Source: a virus
Lineage: Duplodnaviria; Caudoviricetes
Virus record (IMG/VR): IMGVR_UViG_3300012936_006732
Location: 1 to 42,958 of that record
Length of the DNA: 42,958 nt
Reading direction: 5' to 3' (one strand)
The notes under the pieces were generated by a model, which was not told the origin of the DNA, did no database searches, and saw nothing but the letters and a program-made list of their open reading frames with translations. Of this stretch, positions 27,685 to 37,910 are shown one piece after another. The position numbers and the translations under genes were made by a program. Within the stretch, counting starts at the first letter, position 1. Every line of letters begins with the position of its first letter.

Positions 27685-30150
27685 ATGAAGCCAAAGCCAA
27701 ACTTTACTCCTCGAGCGCAGCAAGCCATCAATGAAGCAAAGAAAGCAGCCAAAGTATACCTAAGTAATTTAGTCACCTTGGAGCATTTATTTTATGGAAT
27801 GGTTAAGTTAAGCGCGGGTATATTAAGCGAAATACTTTACTTACTAAACATAAATCAATCTAGTCTCGTAAAAGAAATATCTGAATCTCTAGAAAGGCAA
27901 GCTATAGATAATTACTCAGACGGAAACAATAGCATGGAGGAAGAAGAGCCCGTCTACGACGAACATTTTCATATGGTATTAAAGGTTGCGGCGTCTATCA
28001 GTCAAAAGCTAGGACATGAATATGTGGGACTAGAACATATTCTTTTGGCTTTATTGAAGTATGAAGACTCTCCAGTACCTTTTTATTTCAAACTTTTTAA
28101 CTCATCAGAAGAAGATGTTATCTCGGAAGTTAGAGAGTATCTTCACATATCTAACGAAAGGCCTCAAGAAACTAGGGAGCCTTCTCCAAAAGTTTCGATC
28201 TCTGCACCAACTCAGCCTCAAACGCTAGAGAAGTTTGCGGTCAACTTTAACGAAAGAGCAAGCAAGGGTAAATTTGATAATATCATAGGAAAAGATGAAG
28301 AAATAAAAGACATTTGTGAAATTTTATGCAGGAGAACAAAGAACAATCCCATACTTCTCGGAGATCCAGGGGTCGGGAAAACTGCAATAGTAGAAGGTCT
28401 CGCTCAGAAGATATTCTCAAATGAAGCTCCAGATTTCTTATTAGGAAAAACCATATATGGCCTAGATCTAGGCTCTTTGATTGCGGGAACTAAGTATAGA
28501 GGCCAGTTTGAAGAGCGATTAAAAAAAATTATAGAAGAAGCAAAATCTAATCAAAATATAATTTTATTTATAGACGAAATTCACACTCTTGTTGGCGCTG
28601 GAAGCGCAGAAGGAAGTATGGATGCAGCAAATCTGCTTAAGCCGCTTCTGGCAAGAGGTGAGATCAAATGCATTGGAGCAACAACACAAGAGGAATATAA
28701 AAAATCTATAATGAAAGATGGCGCATTAGACAGAAGATTCCAACCAGTTAAAGCAAAAGAGCCTACAAAAGAAGAGACTAGAAAAATATTATACGGAATA
28801 AAAAACAAATATGAAAACTTTCACTCCATAAAATATAGCAACGAAATCATAGATCTCATTATAGAATTGACATCAAAATACATACTAGATAAACAATTTC
28901 CAGATAAAGCGATTGATATCATGGATCAGGCTGGCTCAAAAGTAAAAATCAGAAACGTGCAGAGGCCAGAAGAAGCAAAAGAAATTGAAAGAGAGCTTGA
29001 AAGACTTGCAATAAAAGAATCTAAGATGGAAATGATAAATGGCAAAAGCCTTCTAATAGAGGACGAACAGCTTTATTTGCTTGAAAAATATGATGAAGTT
29101 ATCAAAGATTGGGCAGATACAAAACTAAAAAGAAAATTTAAGGTTACCAAAAAAGATATCTATGAGGTGATCTCGTCCAGAACAGGAGTCCCAGTTAGCG
29201 AAATGTCTAAAAGAGATTCCCAGAGAATGATTGGCTTATTTAAATCTTTAAAATCAAGAATCATAGGGCAAGATGAATCTATACAAGAAATATCAGAAGC
29301 AATACTAAGATCTCAATCTGGCCTAAAAGATCAAAATAAACCAATAGGAGGATTCCTATTAATCGGCAAAAGCGGAACGGGAAAAACTCATACTGCAAAA
29401 TGTATTGCGGAATTCATATATGGAGATAAGGATAAGCTCATACAATTAGATATGAGTGAGTATTCTGAAAAAATTACAGCCAGCAGATTAACAGGCGCAT
29501 CTCCAGGTTACGTCGGCTATGAAGAAGGAGGAGTATTAACAGAGAAAGTTAGAAAAAATCCTTATAGCGTAGTTCTTTTTGATGAAATAGAAAAGGCTCA
29601 CCCAGAAGTAGTGAACATATTACTTCAAATCCTTGAAGAAGGTAATGTAACAGATAATTCTGGGAGAAAAATATATTTCAACAACTGCACAGTTATAATG
29701 ACCGGAAACATAGGCGCAGAACAGCTAGAAACAAATCATATTGGCTTTGCATCCAATCCTGAATCCCATAAAGAGGATACAGTAACAAGAGAACTTAAAA
29801 AAACATTCAAACCAGAATTTATAAACAGATTGAGTCAAGTTATTATATTCAATGATTTCAGTAAAGAAGATATGAAAAAAATAATTAAAATTGAAATTAA
29901 TAAAATAGGAGAAAAATTACTCGATAAAAATATAAAGGTTCGAGCGACACCATCTTTAGTTAATTATATTCAATCATTATGCTTATCTGAAAAGCTCGGA
30001 GCTAGACCAATAAAAAGATTAATTGAAAAAAATATAGAAAATCCACTTTCAGAATTAATCTTAAGTAAGCAAGTGATAAGAGACCAAATTATTACCTTTG
30101 GTTACTCTAAAAACAAAATAACAAGCTCTATTAAGGAAGCAAAGGTTTAG
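27685..30150 (+). CDS. clpC: ClpC/ClpA-type AAA+ unfoldase
   Basis: Clp-N repeats (EHLFYG, EHILLAL), GDPGVGKT, FIDEIH, PDKAID, GKSGTGKT, FDEIEKAH and an IGF loop. Confidence 0.9.
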   Translation: MKPKPNFTPRAQQAINEAKKAAKVYLSNLVTLEHLFYGMVKLSAGILSEILYLLNINQSSLVKEISESLERQAIDNYSDGNNSMEEEEPVYDEHFHMVLKVAASISQKLGHEYVGLEHILLALLKYEDSPVPFYFKLFNSSEEDVISEVREYLHISNERPQETREPSPKVSISAPTQPQTLEKFAVNFNERASKGKFDNIIGKDEEIKDICEILCRRTKNNPILLGDPGVGKTAIVEGLAQKIFSNEAPDFLLGKTIYGLDLGSLIAGTKYRGQFEERLKKIIEEAKSNQNIILFIDEIHTLVGAGSAEGSMDAANLLKPLLARGEIKCIGATTQEEYKKSIMKDGALDRRFQPVKAKEPTKEETRKILYGIKNKYENFHSIKYSNEIIDLIIELTSKYILDKQFPDKAIDIMDQAGSKVKIRNVQRPEEAKEIERELERLAIKESKMEMINGKSLLIEDEQLYLLEKYDEVIKDWADTKLKRKFKVTKKDIYEVISSRTGVPVSEMSKRDSQRMIGLFKSLKSRIIGQDESIQEISEAILRSQSGLKDQNKPIGGFLLIGKSGTGKTHTAKCIAEFIYGDKDKLIQLDMSEYSEKITASRLTGASPGYVGYEEGGVLTEKVRKNPYSVVLFDEIEKAHPEVVNILLQILEEGNVTDNSGRKIYFNNCTVIMTGNIGAEQLETNHIGFASNPESHKEDTVTRELKKTFKPEFINRLSQVIIFNDFSKEDMKKIIKIEINKIGEKLLDKNIKVRATPSLVNYIQSLCLSEKLGARPIKRLIEKNIENPLSELILSKQVIRDQIITFGYSKNKITSSIKEAKV

Positions 30151-30655
30151 TAGGTTCTTCTACTTTTGGCTCTTCAGGAGCCATTGGATCTTCAAATTTT
30201 TCTCCTGGAGAAGAGGGGGACGAAGGAGTATCTTTCTTCTCGTTGAACATAATCATACAAGCATTGAATCTGTCTCCCTGCACTGGGTATCTTTTTTTCA
30301 TGTTCGCATCCTGTATACATCTAGTTATAAACCTGTCTCCATTTTCTCCTTCAGTAGGAACTGGAAATCTCTTATCTTGATTAGTTAGAAAATTATTTTT
30401 ATCTGATTCGGGAATATCTCCTTCTTTTCGTTCAGGTAAAAGTTCTTGGTATTCTATCCACCTTGATGCTTCATCGATAAGATCATGTGCCTGCATTATA
30501 TTCTTTTTTACCCAGTCTTCAACCTCGGTATCATCTGCAATCTTTTCAAATAAAGATCGAGCTTTTTTCCAAATATGGTACAGTTCAGATTTACTCTTTT
30601 TGGAGAGGTAATCCATGCTGTCTGCGTTAGAATTTTCTTGTGGAGAGTTAGACAT
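30131..30655 (-). CDS. Hypothetical protein, probably virion-associated
   Basis: Module PVPTEGENGDRFITRC...RYPVQGDRFNAC. Last gene of the head block, with a GTGTA motif upstream. Confidence 0.6.
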   Translation of the reverse strand: MSNSPQENSNADSMDYLSKKSKSELYHIWKKARSLFEKIADDTEVEDWVKKNIMQAHDLIDEASRWIEYQELLPERKEGDIPESDKNNFLTNQDKRFPVPTEGENGDRFITRCIQDANMKKRYPVQGDRFNACMIMFNEKKDTPSSPSSPGEKFEDPMAPEEPKVEEPTKPLLP

Positions 30656-30663
30656 ATATTTAT

Positions 30664-31191
30664 TTACACATTTTTTCCATAAATTCCTGTAGTCTCTGGA
30701 GACTCGGGGGAATCTTTTCCTACAATCTGTCTAGGCATAGCGTGATATAAATTATAAGCATATATAAGCTCTTGCATTCTTTCTTGAGAAGCCAAATACG
30801 CTTGATGATAAAACTTTGGAGTTGGATTAGATGTGTCAATTTGCCTTTTGATCACAGAATCTCCCTCTTGAATACTTTGCCAATTGATAGTATCTCCCTC
30901 TCCATCCATTCTTCTTAAAGCCCTTCTTTCGGCCTTTCGATTGTATTCTGAGACATACATTTCCCTGAGAATAGCCTGCTCTTCTAGCAAAAAATTTTCA
31001 GGATTAGATCCACTAAAAGAGGTAAATATTAGATTGTTTAATTCGCCTAAATGACCTTCTAGCCAACCAGACACTAATTTCACTTCTACCAATCTACCAC
31101 TAGTGCCTTGCTCGAAGAATCCAATTTCTTCATCGTATATTTTGACTGCAAGTTCTCCTAAGCTTGTTTCAGGCTGTGGGTCAAAAGACAT
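30664..31191 (-). CDS. Hypothetical protein (possible head-tail adaptor, by position only)
   Basis: 175 aa ORF downstream of the capsid gene. Confidence 0.55.
   Translation of the reverse strand: MSFDPQPETSLGELAVKIYDEEIGFFEQGTSGRLVEVKLVSGWLEGHLGELNNLIFTSFSGSNPENFLLEEQAILREMYVSEYNRKAERRALRRMDGEGDTINWQSIQEGDSVIKRQIDTSNPTPKFYHQAYLASQERMQELIYAYNLYHAMPRQIVGKDSPESPETTGIYGKNV
30665..30669 (-). promoter_or_regulatory. GTGTA motif (putative late promoter)
   Basis: GTGTA-9 nt-ATG(30655), overlapping the upstream stop (GTG TAA). Confidence 0.55.
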
Positions 31192-31192
31192 T

Positions 31193-31594
31193 TTATCCTC
31201 CCAAATAATCTAATACTTGCTTATGCTTTGGGTTACTTGGATCCAATTGAATTGGATCTCCCATAATTTGAACGCTTCCTTGCCCTCTTAGACTAGATTC
31301 AAAAGCTCGTTTAATTTTGTTCCTTAACACAGTTTTGTTTCCCGATGGAAACACTCCAACTTTTACTGCAAAAGACTGTAGGTCTGTGAGATTCATATCT
31401 TTGATCATTTCATTAAACACATTTTTGTCGTTTGTTCTAAACGGGCTAATTTTTGGGATACCTAAAATTTCTTCAAGCTCTTTGGCCTTAGAGACTTTTT
31501 CTTCGTAGCTCTTACCAGTAGTCTGATTTAGTTCTTCGAGAGATGGCCTCTGTTTCTTTGCCGTAGTCTTGCGCGTAGTTTTCTTTTTTGCCAT
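31193..31594 (-). CDS. Hypothetical protein with basic N-terminal tail
   Basis: MAKKKTTRKTTAKK. GTGTA lies 25 nt upstream (31620-31624), with an AAGGA-containing leader. Confidence 0.65.
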   Translation of the reverse strand: MAKKKTTRKTTAKKQRPSLEELNQTTGKSYEEKVSKAKELEEILGIPKISPFRTNDKNVFNEMIKDMNLTDLQSFAVKVGVFPSGNKTVLRNKIKRAFESSLRGQGSVQIMGDPIQLDPSNPKHKQVLDYLGG

Positions 31595-31645
31595 AATACC
31601 TTATTCCTTGTATTTTTAGTACACAATATAATAACAATTGTAAAT

Positions 31646-31678
31646 AAAAAATCCACCCTAGTTGCCTAGGGTGGATTT
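31646..31678 (-). terminator. Intrinsic terminator after the major capsid gene
   Basis: 13-bp stem AAATCCACCCTAG-GCAA-CTAGGGTGGATTT (GNRA loop) continuing into a T run. Confidence 0.9.
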
Positions 31679-31704
31679 AAGGGGATTTAGTTTAATTAGA
31701 AATA

Positions 31705-32844
31705 TTAAACAATGAGTCCAAGAAGAACCCTGTCGTCAATGATCATACGACCCTCTTCAAGGGATCCGTAGTAACCGATCTTCGACTGGCGGGTTGCAAA
31801 CTGGTCATCCGCGACTAAGCTGAACTCGTCTCCGCTTTCGGAGTCTGTGGCAACCGCACGAATCATCGATTCGCGACTAAGGTCGACACCTACGAGAACT
31901 TCTTCGTTTGCTCCGTCAAAAGCTGCGGCAGCACCACCAGAAGTATAGTGATCAGCGTAAGTTGTAGTTCCAGCGGCAACATCAAATGTTGTATTCCACT
32001 TTTGACCTACGCCCATTTCATTATACTCTTGAATTGATACTCCGTAGAACTCAGGGATACCTGCGCTGTTGAAAACAGCATCACGCATTGTATCAGTTCC
32101 AGGAATTCCAGCAGCGTTTCCAGCAGCTTGTCCGTCTCCACCCTTGGTGTTGACAGGATTGTAAGCCAAACCGCGAATTTCTTCTACGATTTCTGGAGAA
32201 ACCAAGATGTCTGTGATTCCACGACCACGACGATCAGCAGGTGTTCCGCCGTTCCAAGCTGTGTTGATTCTCTTTGCCTTTGTGAACAATTTGTTCAAAT
32301 CGGAAAGAAGGAATCTGTTAGCCTGAGCCGAACGAATAACGTGTTGCTCGCTGTTTGTGGCAGCATTAGCAAGGGCAGTCATAATCATGGTTGCGGAAGT
32401 TTTTTCTTGTTTAAGAAGAACTTCTTGAGCCATACGTGTGAATGTTTTGCTAACGACATCAAGTCTGGAACGAGAAGCATAACGCTTATCGAAGCTCAAT
32501 GCGCTGTCGAGAGTATAAGTTGTGAACTTAAGCTCGCTTTGCGAAGGAGCAACTTGGTTAGTCGGAAGACCTCCAGGAACGGATTGACTCCAAACCTGAA
32601 TGTAGTCCTCATCTGTAATATCATGATAGAGATCCAAAGGAATACTTGGGCTCTCATCTGAGTTAAATTGAAGAGAAGTAAACATGTTGCTTACGGTGGG
32701 AGCGGTATTTACCACTTCCGCCAAAACTGGTCCGATAAATTCGGCAAGAGCAGTTTGGGCTTCGTATGCAACGTCTCTGTTCTTCGAAGCCATAGCTTTT
32801 ACAAGCTCGACTTGCTCGGGTGTTTGCTTTAGAGTAATTTTCAT
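31705..32844 (-). CDS. Major capsid protein (putative)
   Basis: 379 aa, last gene of the terminase-protease-decoration series. ITDILVSPE and PEFYGVSI fit HK97-fold patterns. SD-like AAAGGA upstream and a strong terminator downstream. Confidence 0.75.
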   Translation of the reverse strand: MKITLKQTPEQVELVKAMASKNRDVAYEAQTALAEFIGPVLAEVVNTAPTVSNMFTSLQFNSDESPSIPLDLYHDITDEDYIQVWSQSVPGGLPTNQVAPSQSELKFTTYTLDSALSFDKRYASRSRLDVVSKTFTRMAQEVLLKQEKTSATMIMTALANAATNSEQHVIRSAQANRFLLSDLNKLFTKAKRINTAWNGGTPADRRGRGITDILVSPEIVEEIRGLAYNPVNTKGGDGQAAGNAAGIPGTDTMRDAVFNSAGIPEFYGVSIQEYNEMGVGQKWNTTFDVAAGTTTYADHYTSGGAAAAFDGANEEVLVGVDLSRESMIRAVATDSESGDEFSLVADDQFATRQSKIGYYGSLEEGRMIIDDRVLLGLIV

Positions 32845-32861
32845 TTTCGTAAAATCCTTTC

Positions 32862-33464
32862 TTAGAAGCTAACTTTGCAGAGAAACTTGTCGGAACCAGA
32901 CTTGGCAACTACTTGCCCAAGTGTTCCAGCTGCATCGCCTTCAAGCTTTCCGTCTGTAGCAGAAATTTGAAGATTGTCTCCTACGGAAGGAGCAGAAGCG
33001 AAAGCAGAAGCTGCAAGCAAAACGAGACCTCTTGTCAAAACAGGAACTGTTTGTCCAGGAAGTACGGCTTGAGCTTCATCAAGTTTTTGTTTATAATAGA
33101 GAAGTTTTTCTCCATTTTCATCGAAGGCCAAGGTTTCACGAAGAGTGATCCCCAAGGCTACTTCGCCAGCAGCAGCAGGAGTAACAGTCATACCGTTGGA
33201 AGGGTATGCATTGAATCCGATATGTGCACTTGAAAAACTGGCGCCAAGATAATCTCTTAGCTTGTCTCCGCTAGCGGAATCCAATTTTCCTGGGACATCA
33301 CCGGGCAGTTCTCCCGCATTTACCTTGACCACTACGCCTGAGTCCCAATCTCCACTACCAGCCTCTACGCAATTTGCGAGAGTCAAACCAGCAGTATCGA
33401 GAGCGAACATGTTCACGACTTCGTGCTCACTGTAATCTCGGTATGGTAATATTCTTTTTGCCAT
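32862..33464 (-). CDS. Capsid decoration/cement protein (putative)
   Basis: Ala/Gly-rich 200 aa protein between protease-scaffold and MCP. ALGITL, GQTVPVLTRG, VGDNL, LGQVV. SD-like AAAGGA. Confidence 0.6.
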   Translation of the reverse strand: MAKRILPYRDYSEHEVVNMFALDTAGLTLANCVEAGSGDWDSGVVVKVNAGELPGDVPGKLDSASGDKLRDYLGASFSSAHIGFNAYPSNGMTVTPAAAGEVALGITLRETLAFDENGEKLLYYKQKLDEAQAVLPGQTVPVLTRGLVLLAASAFASAPSVGDNLQISATDGKLEGDAAGTLGQVVAKSGSDKFLCKVSF

Positions 33465-33478
33465 AATTTATATCCTTT

Positions 33479-35095
33479 TTAGAATGAAATTTTTACTGAA
33501 TCCTTAAATGTTTTCGCGAAACGATCCTTGAGGGATTCTCCGTCAGAAGAAGATTCGTTGTTATTAACAACTGCTGCGTCTTCGACTTGAATGTTGTCCA
33601 AGGCTTCTTCTACATCTTCAGATTCTTCAGTTTCTTGAGAAGCTTCAGAAACTTGTTCTACAACTTCTTCAGCAGCTTCAGCGACTTCTTCTTCAACTTG
33701 ACCAAGGCGCTTCTCTACTTCTTCTTTTACCTTAGCTTCAAAGGCAGCAGCTTGTTCTTGGATGTATTCCTTGTTTTTGTGCTTCCATACTTTTGCAAGT
33801 TTTTCTTGGTAAGCAGCGAAGGATTCATCGGAGTTGTCCAACTCAGATAATTCTGAAGCAACCACTTGGCGGTCTTCGTCATCTAAGTCATAAACTTCGT
33901 CAAGAGCTTCCATACGGTTATTAAAAAGAATTTCCGCTTCTCTTGCAGAGTTTTCGTCTTCAAGATTCGAAAGCTTCTCTTCAGTAGCCTTAAGTTGATC
34001 TTCCACTTCGGTCATTTTCTCTTGAAGAGCTGCTTGAGCGTTAGCAGCTTCTTCTTTTTCAGCCTTAGCTTTTTCGAGGTCGGCGATATATTGCTCGCTT
34101 TTTTCTTTGATGGCCTCGCTAAAAACCTTAGAAATGCTGGCTACAGCTTCTTCAGAGAAGTCCTGCTTGCCGAGCTTTTCATCTAAAGCTGCTCGGAATT
34201 CATTGATAATTGTATCTTTATCCATAGTAAAGTTTTGGTTGTATTCTTTGTTTAGTACATTTTCCTGAACGGATTGGGAAATTTTTTCATTGTCACTAAT
34301 TAATTTGTCTATAGGCTTGATGGTAACTGATTTATCTCTTTCTTCGGGAGTTTCCATTTTTTCATTGACGACCAGGCCTTTCACATCTGCAGCGGGATTC
34401 GACGTAAACCCTATTCCAAGTGGATATATATCTCCTGTAATCAATCGACTGACAACTCTTCCATCAGAAAGAACTCCTCTGCCTCCAAAAGATTTTAAAT
34501 ATGGAGTATACTCTTCAATCTCCTCTTTACTGGAGACAATAACAGATTCGGACAAATCTTTTCCTCCTATAGCTATGACATATTCATTAAAACCAACTTC
34601 CCAACTTGCAGATACAGCATGGTAGAAATCACTCTCGCTATCTGTAGAGCTCATAACCAAATCTGCGAATTCCTTGCTCGCAGTCTTATATATAACTGCG
34701 CCCAGAGCAATATTGTATGCCCCTTCTGATAGTAATGCCTGTTCGGAAGAAATTAATTGAGAATCATCATCGTATTTGGAAAAGCCTGCAGAAACTATAT
34801 GCCCTACGATTTTATCTCGGTTATGCTCTATATTTGTTGGCTTGTGAATAAAATAATCTTTTATTTTTACTGCAGCATCACTGTCAATCCCGTCTCCGTT
34901 TTTATTAAATTTGTTTACAACTGCAGCGTTAAAAGCAACCCCAATTAAATCTATATTTTTTTCAAAATTTATACCTTTTGGTATAAGAGGCTTTAAGGCT
35001 TCAATCGAAGCCTCACTTATATTTGAATCGCATATGTCATTTGATGCAAATACTATATTTTCAAAAGTGGTTGTATATTTATATTTTTTCGACAT
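33479..35095 (-). CDS. Prohead protease fused to an acidic coiled-coil scaffold
   Basis: FNKNGD, PTNIEHNRDKIVGHI, SASWEV, GIGFTSNPAA and an E/A-rich C-terminal half. Start reassigned to ATG 35095. Confidence 0.75.
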   Translation of the reverse strand: MSKKYKYTTTFENIVFASNDICDSNISEASIEALKPLIPKGINFEKNIDLIGVAFNAAVVNKFNKNGDGIDSDAAVKIKDYFIHKPTNIEHNRDKIVGHIVSAGFSKYDDDSQLISSEQALLSEGAYNIALGAVIYKTASKEFADLVMSSTDSESDFYHAVSASWEVGFNEYVIAIGGKDLSESVIVSSKEEIEEYTPYLKSFGGRGVLSDGRVVSRLITGDIYPLGIGFTSNPAADVKGLVVNEKMETPEERDKSVTIKPIDKLISDNEKISQSVQENVLNKEYNQNFTMDKDTIINEFRAALDEKLGKQDFSEEAVASISKVFSEAIKEKSEQYIADLEKAKAEKEEAANAQAALQEKMTEVEDQLKATEEKLSNLEDENSAREAEILFNNRMEALDEVYDLDDEDRQVVASELSELDNSDESFAAYQEKLAKVWKHKNKEYIQEQAAAFEAKVKEEVEKRLGQVEEEVAEAAEEVVEQVSEASQETEESEDVEEALDNIQVEDAAVVNNNESSSDGESLKDRFAKTFKDSVKISF

Positions 35096-35105
35096 TTGAT
35101 GTAAG

Positions 35106-35110
35106 TACAC
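35106..35110 (-). promoter_or_regulatory. GTGTA motif heading the capsid operon (putative late promoter)
   Basis: GTGTA-10 nt-ATG(35095). The ORF track used this GTG as a start codon. Confidence 0.55.
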
Positions 35111-36979
35111 CTAGTTTATAAACATGGGAGTAAAGGTTTGAAAGGCTTTTGTGCCCTCTGATTCAATTATATCATAGTAAAGCTTAACCATCCAATTTCC
35201 AAGCACGAGAGCTGAATAAGAGTCCTTCCTGGCTTTGTCTGGGCCCGTTTGTCTTTTTAGATTAGATGGCAGGTCAAAGCTTTGAGTTCCACTCGCAGAA
35301 GATGTGATTTGAATTAACGCACACTGATTCTTTATTAAATTCATCATGTCAAACTGATGTTCTACAAAATCAATCATTTTTGCAGGATTATTTTGGGCGA
35401 TAGACAAAGAAGTTCTTAAAAAGTTTATTTTCTCTATTGGAATTTTCTTTCTTCTTTGTTCGTTATAATTATCATCTATAGCCCTAGACCCAAACCAAAT
35501 TCTTTTATGATCGAAATTAGACTGAAGCAATTCGTTCGCCCTCCTAATCCATTGACTAGTAGGCTTCCTGAGATAGCAAATATTATGAGTCTCTAAATTA
35601 TACTCTGTTTTTCCTTCTGTAAGTTTTTCTTGATAGTTTTCTATATCGTCGAAGTTTGTATTAAGGCATCCGATCTTTATTTTCTTTTTCTTAAACAAAC
35701 TACTTTCATTTACTGCGTTAATAAATTGCACTCCTCCATTATAGTCTCCAACTATAGCAACTATGTTAAAATTAGTTATAAGATAATAAAAATAAAATAT
35801 ATGATTTTTTAAGTTTGCTCCAGACAGAGCGTAGCTATGAACTACTGTTCCAATTTTTTTTGAATCGTCTAACTGTATGACCATCATCGCAAAGTCGTCA
35901 CTGCTTTCACTTTCCGCCCAACTTGGATCAAACGCAAGAATATATTTTTCCTTAACATCCCCTTTTACTTGGACACATGGAGACTCCCCGTCTTTAAGAG
36001 TACATTCTGCCATTTTAGAAGTCTTAAAATAGCCAGAACTGTCGTCTGTAAATACCGCACCAAACTCTCGATCAAACTGAGACTGACTCATTGTAGATTT
36101 AGCTTGGTCAATTAGATTCTGGTCATACAATTGCTTTGGCGCGCAGTCGTAACTAAATTGCATAATAACTCTGTGCGCATCAGATTTTTTATCTCCCCCA
36201 AGATTTATTAGCTCTTCAAATTGTTCGTAAGCTTTGTACATATATTCAAACTTATAACTTGCAGATGACAAAGCGATAAGTTTATTGTTGGGCCATATGT
36301 GCCTATCGGACTCTTTCATTTTCCCTTGTTTTATCAATTCGGTTTCAACGTTGTAGAGATCTTCTCTTTGAGTAGGATTCTCAACAACGCTTAGGAATGG
36401 GATTATAACTTCATTATAGATTCTTTCTGGCATGAGCGCGAACTCATCAATAATTATTCTATGAAACCTAAAACCACGAAGCTTCTCTCCATCGCCCAAG
36501 GGTAGGGCTCTGATTCTTGACGAGCCGATTTCAAGTAGCCACTCATCGTTACTTTTCGATTTATGGGTAATGCATTGGCTCAAATAATGAGCTTCGGGTT
36601 TGGAGGCAATGTCCTCTATTTTTTTAAAGATCATCTTTGCCTGACGGAAAGACTTTGAAAGAATTCCAATTTCAACGCCTTGATTTAGTATTGCATCCAG
36701 GTATGCGTATATTGCAGTAGTGAAAGATTTGGACATTCCACGACTCCAAACTCCCATGAAATAATCTGTTTCAAACATAGCTTTAATTGCCATATGTTGA
36801 AACGGGAAAAGCTTTACTCCGCTAATTAAATCCGTAGTAAAGGTTATGTTTTCTCTTAAAAATTTATACAGCAAAACTTTAGCCTCATCCTCTTCAATAA
36901 ATCCCTCGAGAGACATAATTTGATCATTTACATTTATATCTTCTTTTCTTGATTTTTGACTACCAATTTCCCAGGCCAT
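35111..36979 (-). CDS. terL: Terminase large subunit
   Basis: LFPFQ, Walker A SRGMSKS, LRGFR, Walker B IIIDE, FDREF, RNase H-like AFDPS...DD and KDSYSAL. Confidence 0.88.
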   Translation of the reverse strand: MAWEIGSQKSRKEDINVNDQIMSLEGFIEEDEAKVLLYKFLRENITFTTDLISGVKLFPFQHMAIKAMFETDYFMGVWSRGMSKSFTTAIYAYLDAILNQGVEIGILSKSFRQAKMIFKKIEDIASKPEAHYLSQCITHKSKSNDEWLLEIGSSRIRALPLGDGEKLRGFRFHRIIIDEFALMPERIYNEVIIPFLSVVENPTQREDLYNVETELIKQGKMKESDRHIWPNNKLIALSSASYKFEYMYKAYEQFEELINLGGDKKSDAHRVIMQFSYDCAPKQLYDQNLIDQAKSTMSQSQFDREFGAVFTDDSSGYFKTSKMAECTLKDGESPCVQVKGDVKEKYILAFDPSWAESESSDDFAMMVIQLDDSKKIGTVVHSYALSGANLKNHIFYFYYLITNFNIVAIVGDYNGGVQFINAVNESSLFKKKKIKIGCLNTNFDDIENYQEKLTEGKTEYNLETHNICYLRKPTSQWIRRANELLQSNFDHKRIWFGSRAIDDNYNEQRRKKIPIEKINFLRTSLSIAQNNPAKMIDFVEHQFDMMNLIKNQCALIQITSSASGTQSFDLPSNLKRQTGPDKARKDSYSALVLGNWMVKLYYDIIESEGTKAFQTFTPMFIN

Positions 36980-37908
36980 TATATTACCTCCTCATCAATA
37001 TAGTATTGTAAGTCTACATCCCAAACATCTTTTCCGTTGACTAGTATTTTTGGAATAATATCTTGCGAGTGAGCCCTGCTTCCAGTAAATATAAACTGAC
37101 AATTCCCCGCAAACTCATGGCTTAATACTCTCATATTATGATATATATACTTTAGGTTTGATCTATGCGCTCCCCAGTGATTATTTTTTGCGATCTTAGA
37201 TAGATCGCTTTCGGTCACGACAAATAGATAGCTGTCGAAATCTCTAGCTCTCTTTAATTCTTCCCTAAACCTTTCTAAATTATTTTTGCTCAACGTAGAT
37301 TTAAAGTCTTGCTCGCTCTTCCTATCAACGTAGGTATAGTTATAGTACTCTCCTCCCACAGCATAATCTCCAAACTCTAGTTTAAGGGAAGAGGATTTGT
37401 CGAAGGTTAATGGTTTCTGCTCTCTTGTGTCAACAAATATTTCTATGTCGCTACTGACTTCTTTAAGAAAAGATTCTGGCAATCTTTTTGAGAACATTGG
37501 CCTCACACCAACCTTTTCGCAAGCCTCGGTATATGACCCGAAGTGCTTTTGATATATGTCTATAGTTGGAAGAGAATTTATCTTGAGCTCTAAATGACCT
37601 GGTCCAAACTTTAGATCTTTTTGCTCAACTCTATTTTGAAGTAACTTTAAAATATACTGCTTAACCTGATTATCCGCAGATTGTTCGCACCACTTAAGCA
37701 ATTGAGATCTGGTTGAAAAGTCTTTAGAGAAATAGTCTTGCTTTGTTTTGAACGGAAGCGGGTCTCCAGTTAGTAAATTGTTTCTTGGATAATATTTTGT
37801 ATAATAATCTGCCATAGTTAACGAATGCTTTTTGAGATGAGCATGAAGAGACCGCTCGCTAGCAAAAGACTCCCCGCATACCTTGCAGCTGTATTCTGTT
37901 TTAGGCAT
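36979..37908 (-). CDS. C2H2 zinc finger plus ERCC4/XPF-type nuclease
   Basis: CKVC...LHAHLKKH, VDTREQ, GDY and DRKSEQD (ERKxxxD-like). Confidence 0.8.
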   Translation of the reverse strand: MPKTEYSCKVCGESFASERSLHAHLKKHSLTMADYYTKYYPRNNLLTGDPLPFKTKQDYFSKDFSTRSQLLKWCEQSADNQVKQYILKLLQNRVEQKDLKFGPGHLELKINSLPTIDIYQKHFGSYTEACEKVGVRPMFSKRLPESFLKEVSSDIEIFVDTREQKPLTFDKSSSLKLEFGDYAVGGEYYNYTYVDRKSEQDFKSTLSKNNLERFREELKRARDFDSYLFVVTESDLSKIAKNNHWGAHRSNLKYIYHNMRVLSHEFAGNCQFIFTGSRAHSQDIIPKILVNGKDVWDVDLQYYIDEEVI

Positions 37909-37910
37909 AA

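Noticed and set aside
32128-35099. Several + strand ORFs opposite the capsid genes (and similar antisense ORFs elsewhere)
   Set aside because: Antisense shadows of strongly biased coding sequence, with no motifs or expression signals.
20637-36979. Inteins or introns in nrdA, dnaE or terL
   Set aside because: Lengths are normal, motifs are contiguous and no intein terminal signatures were seen.
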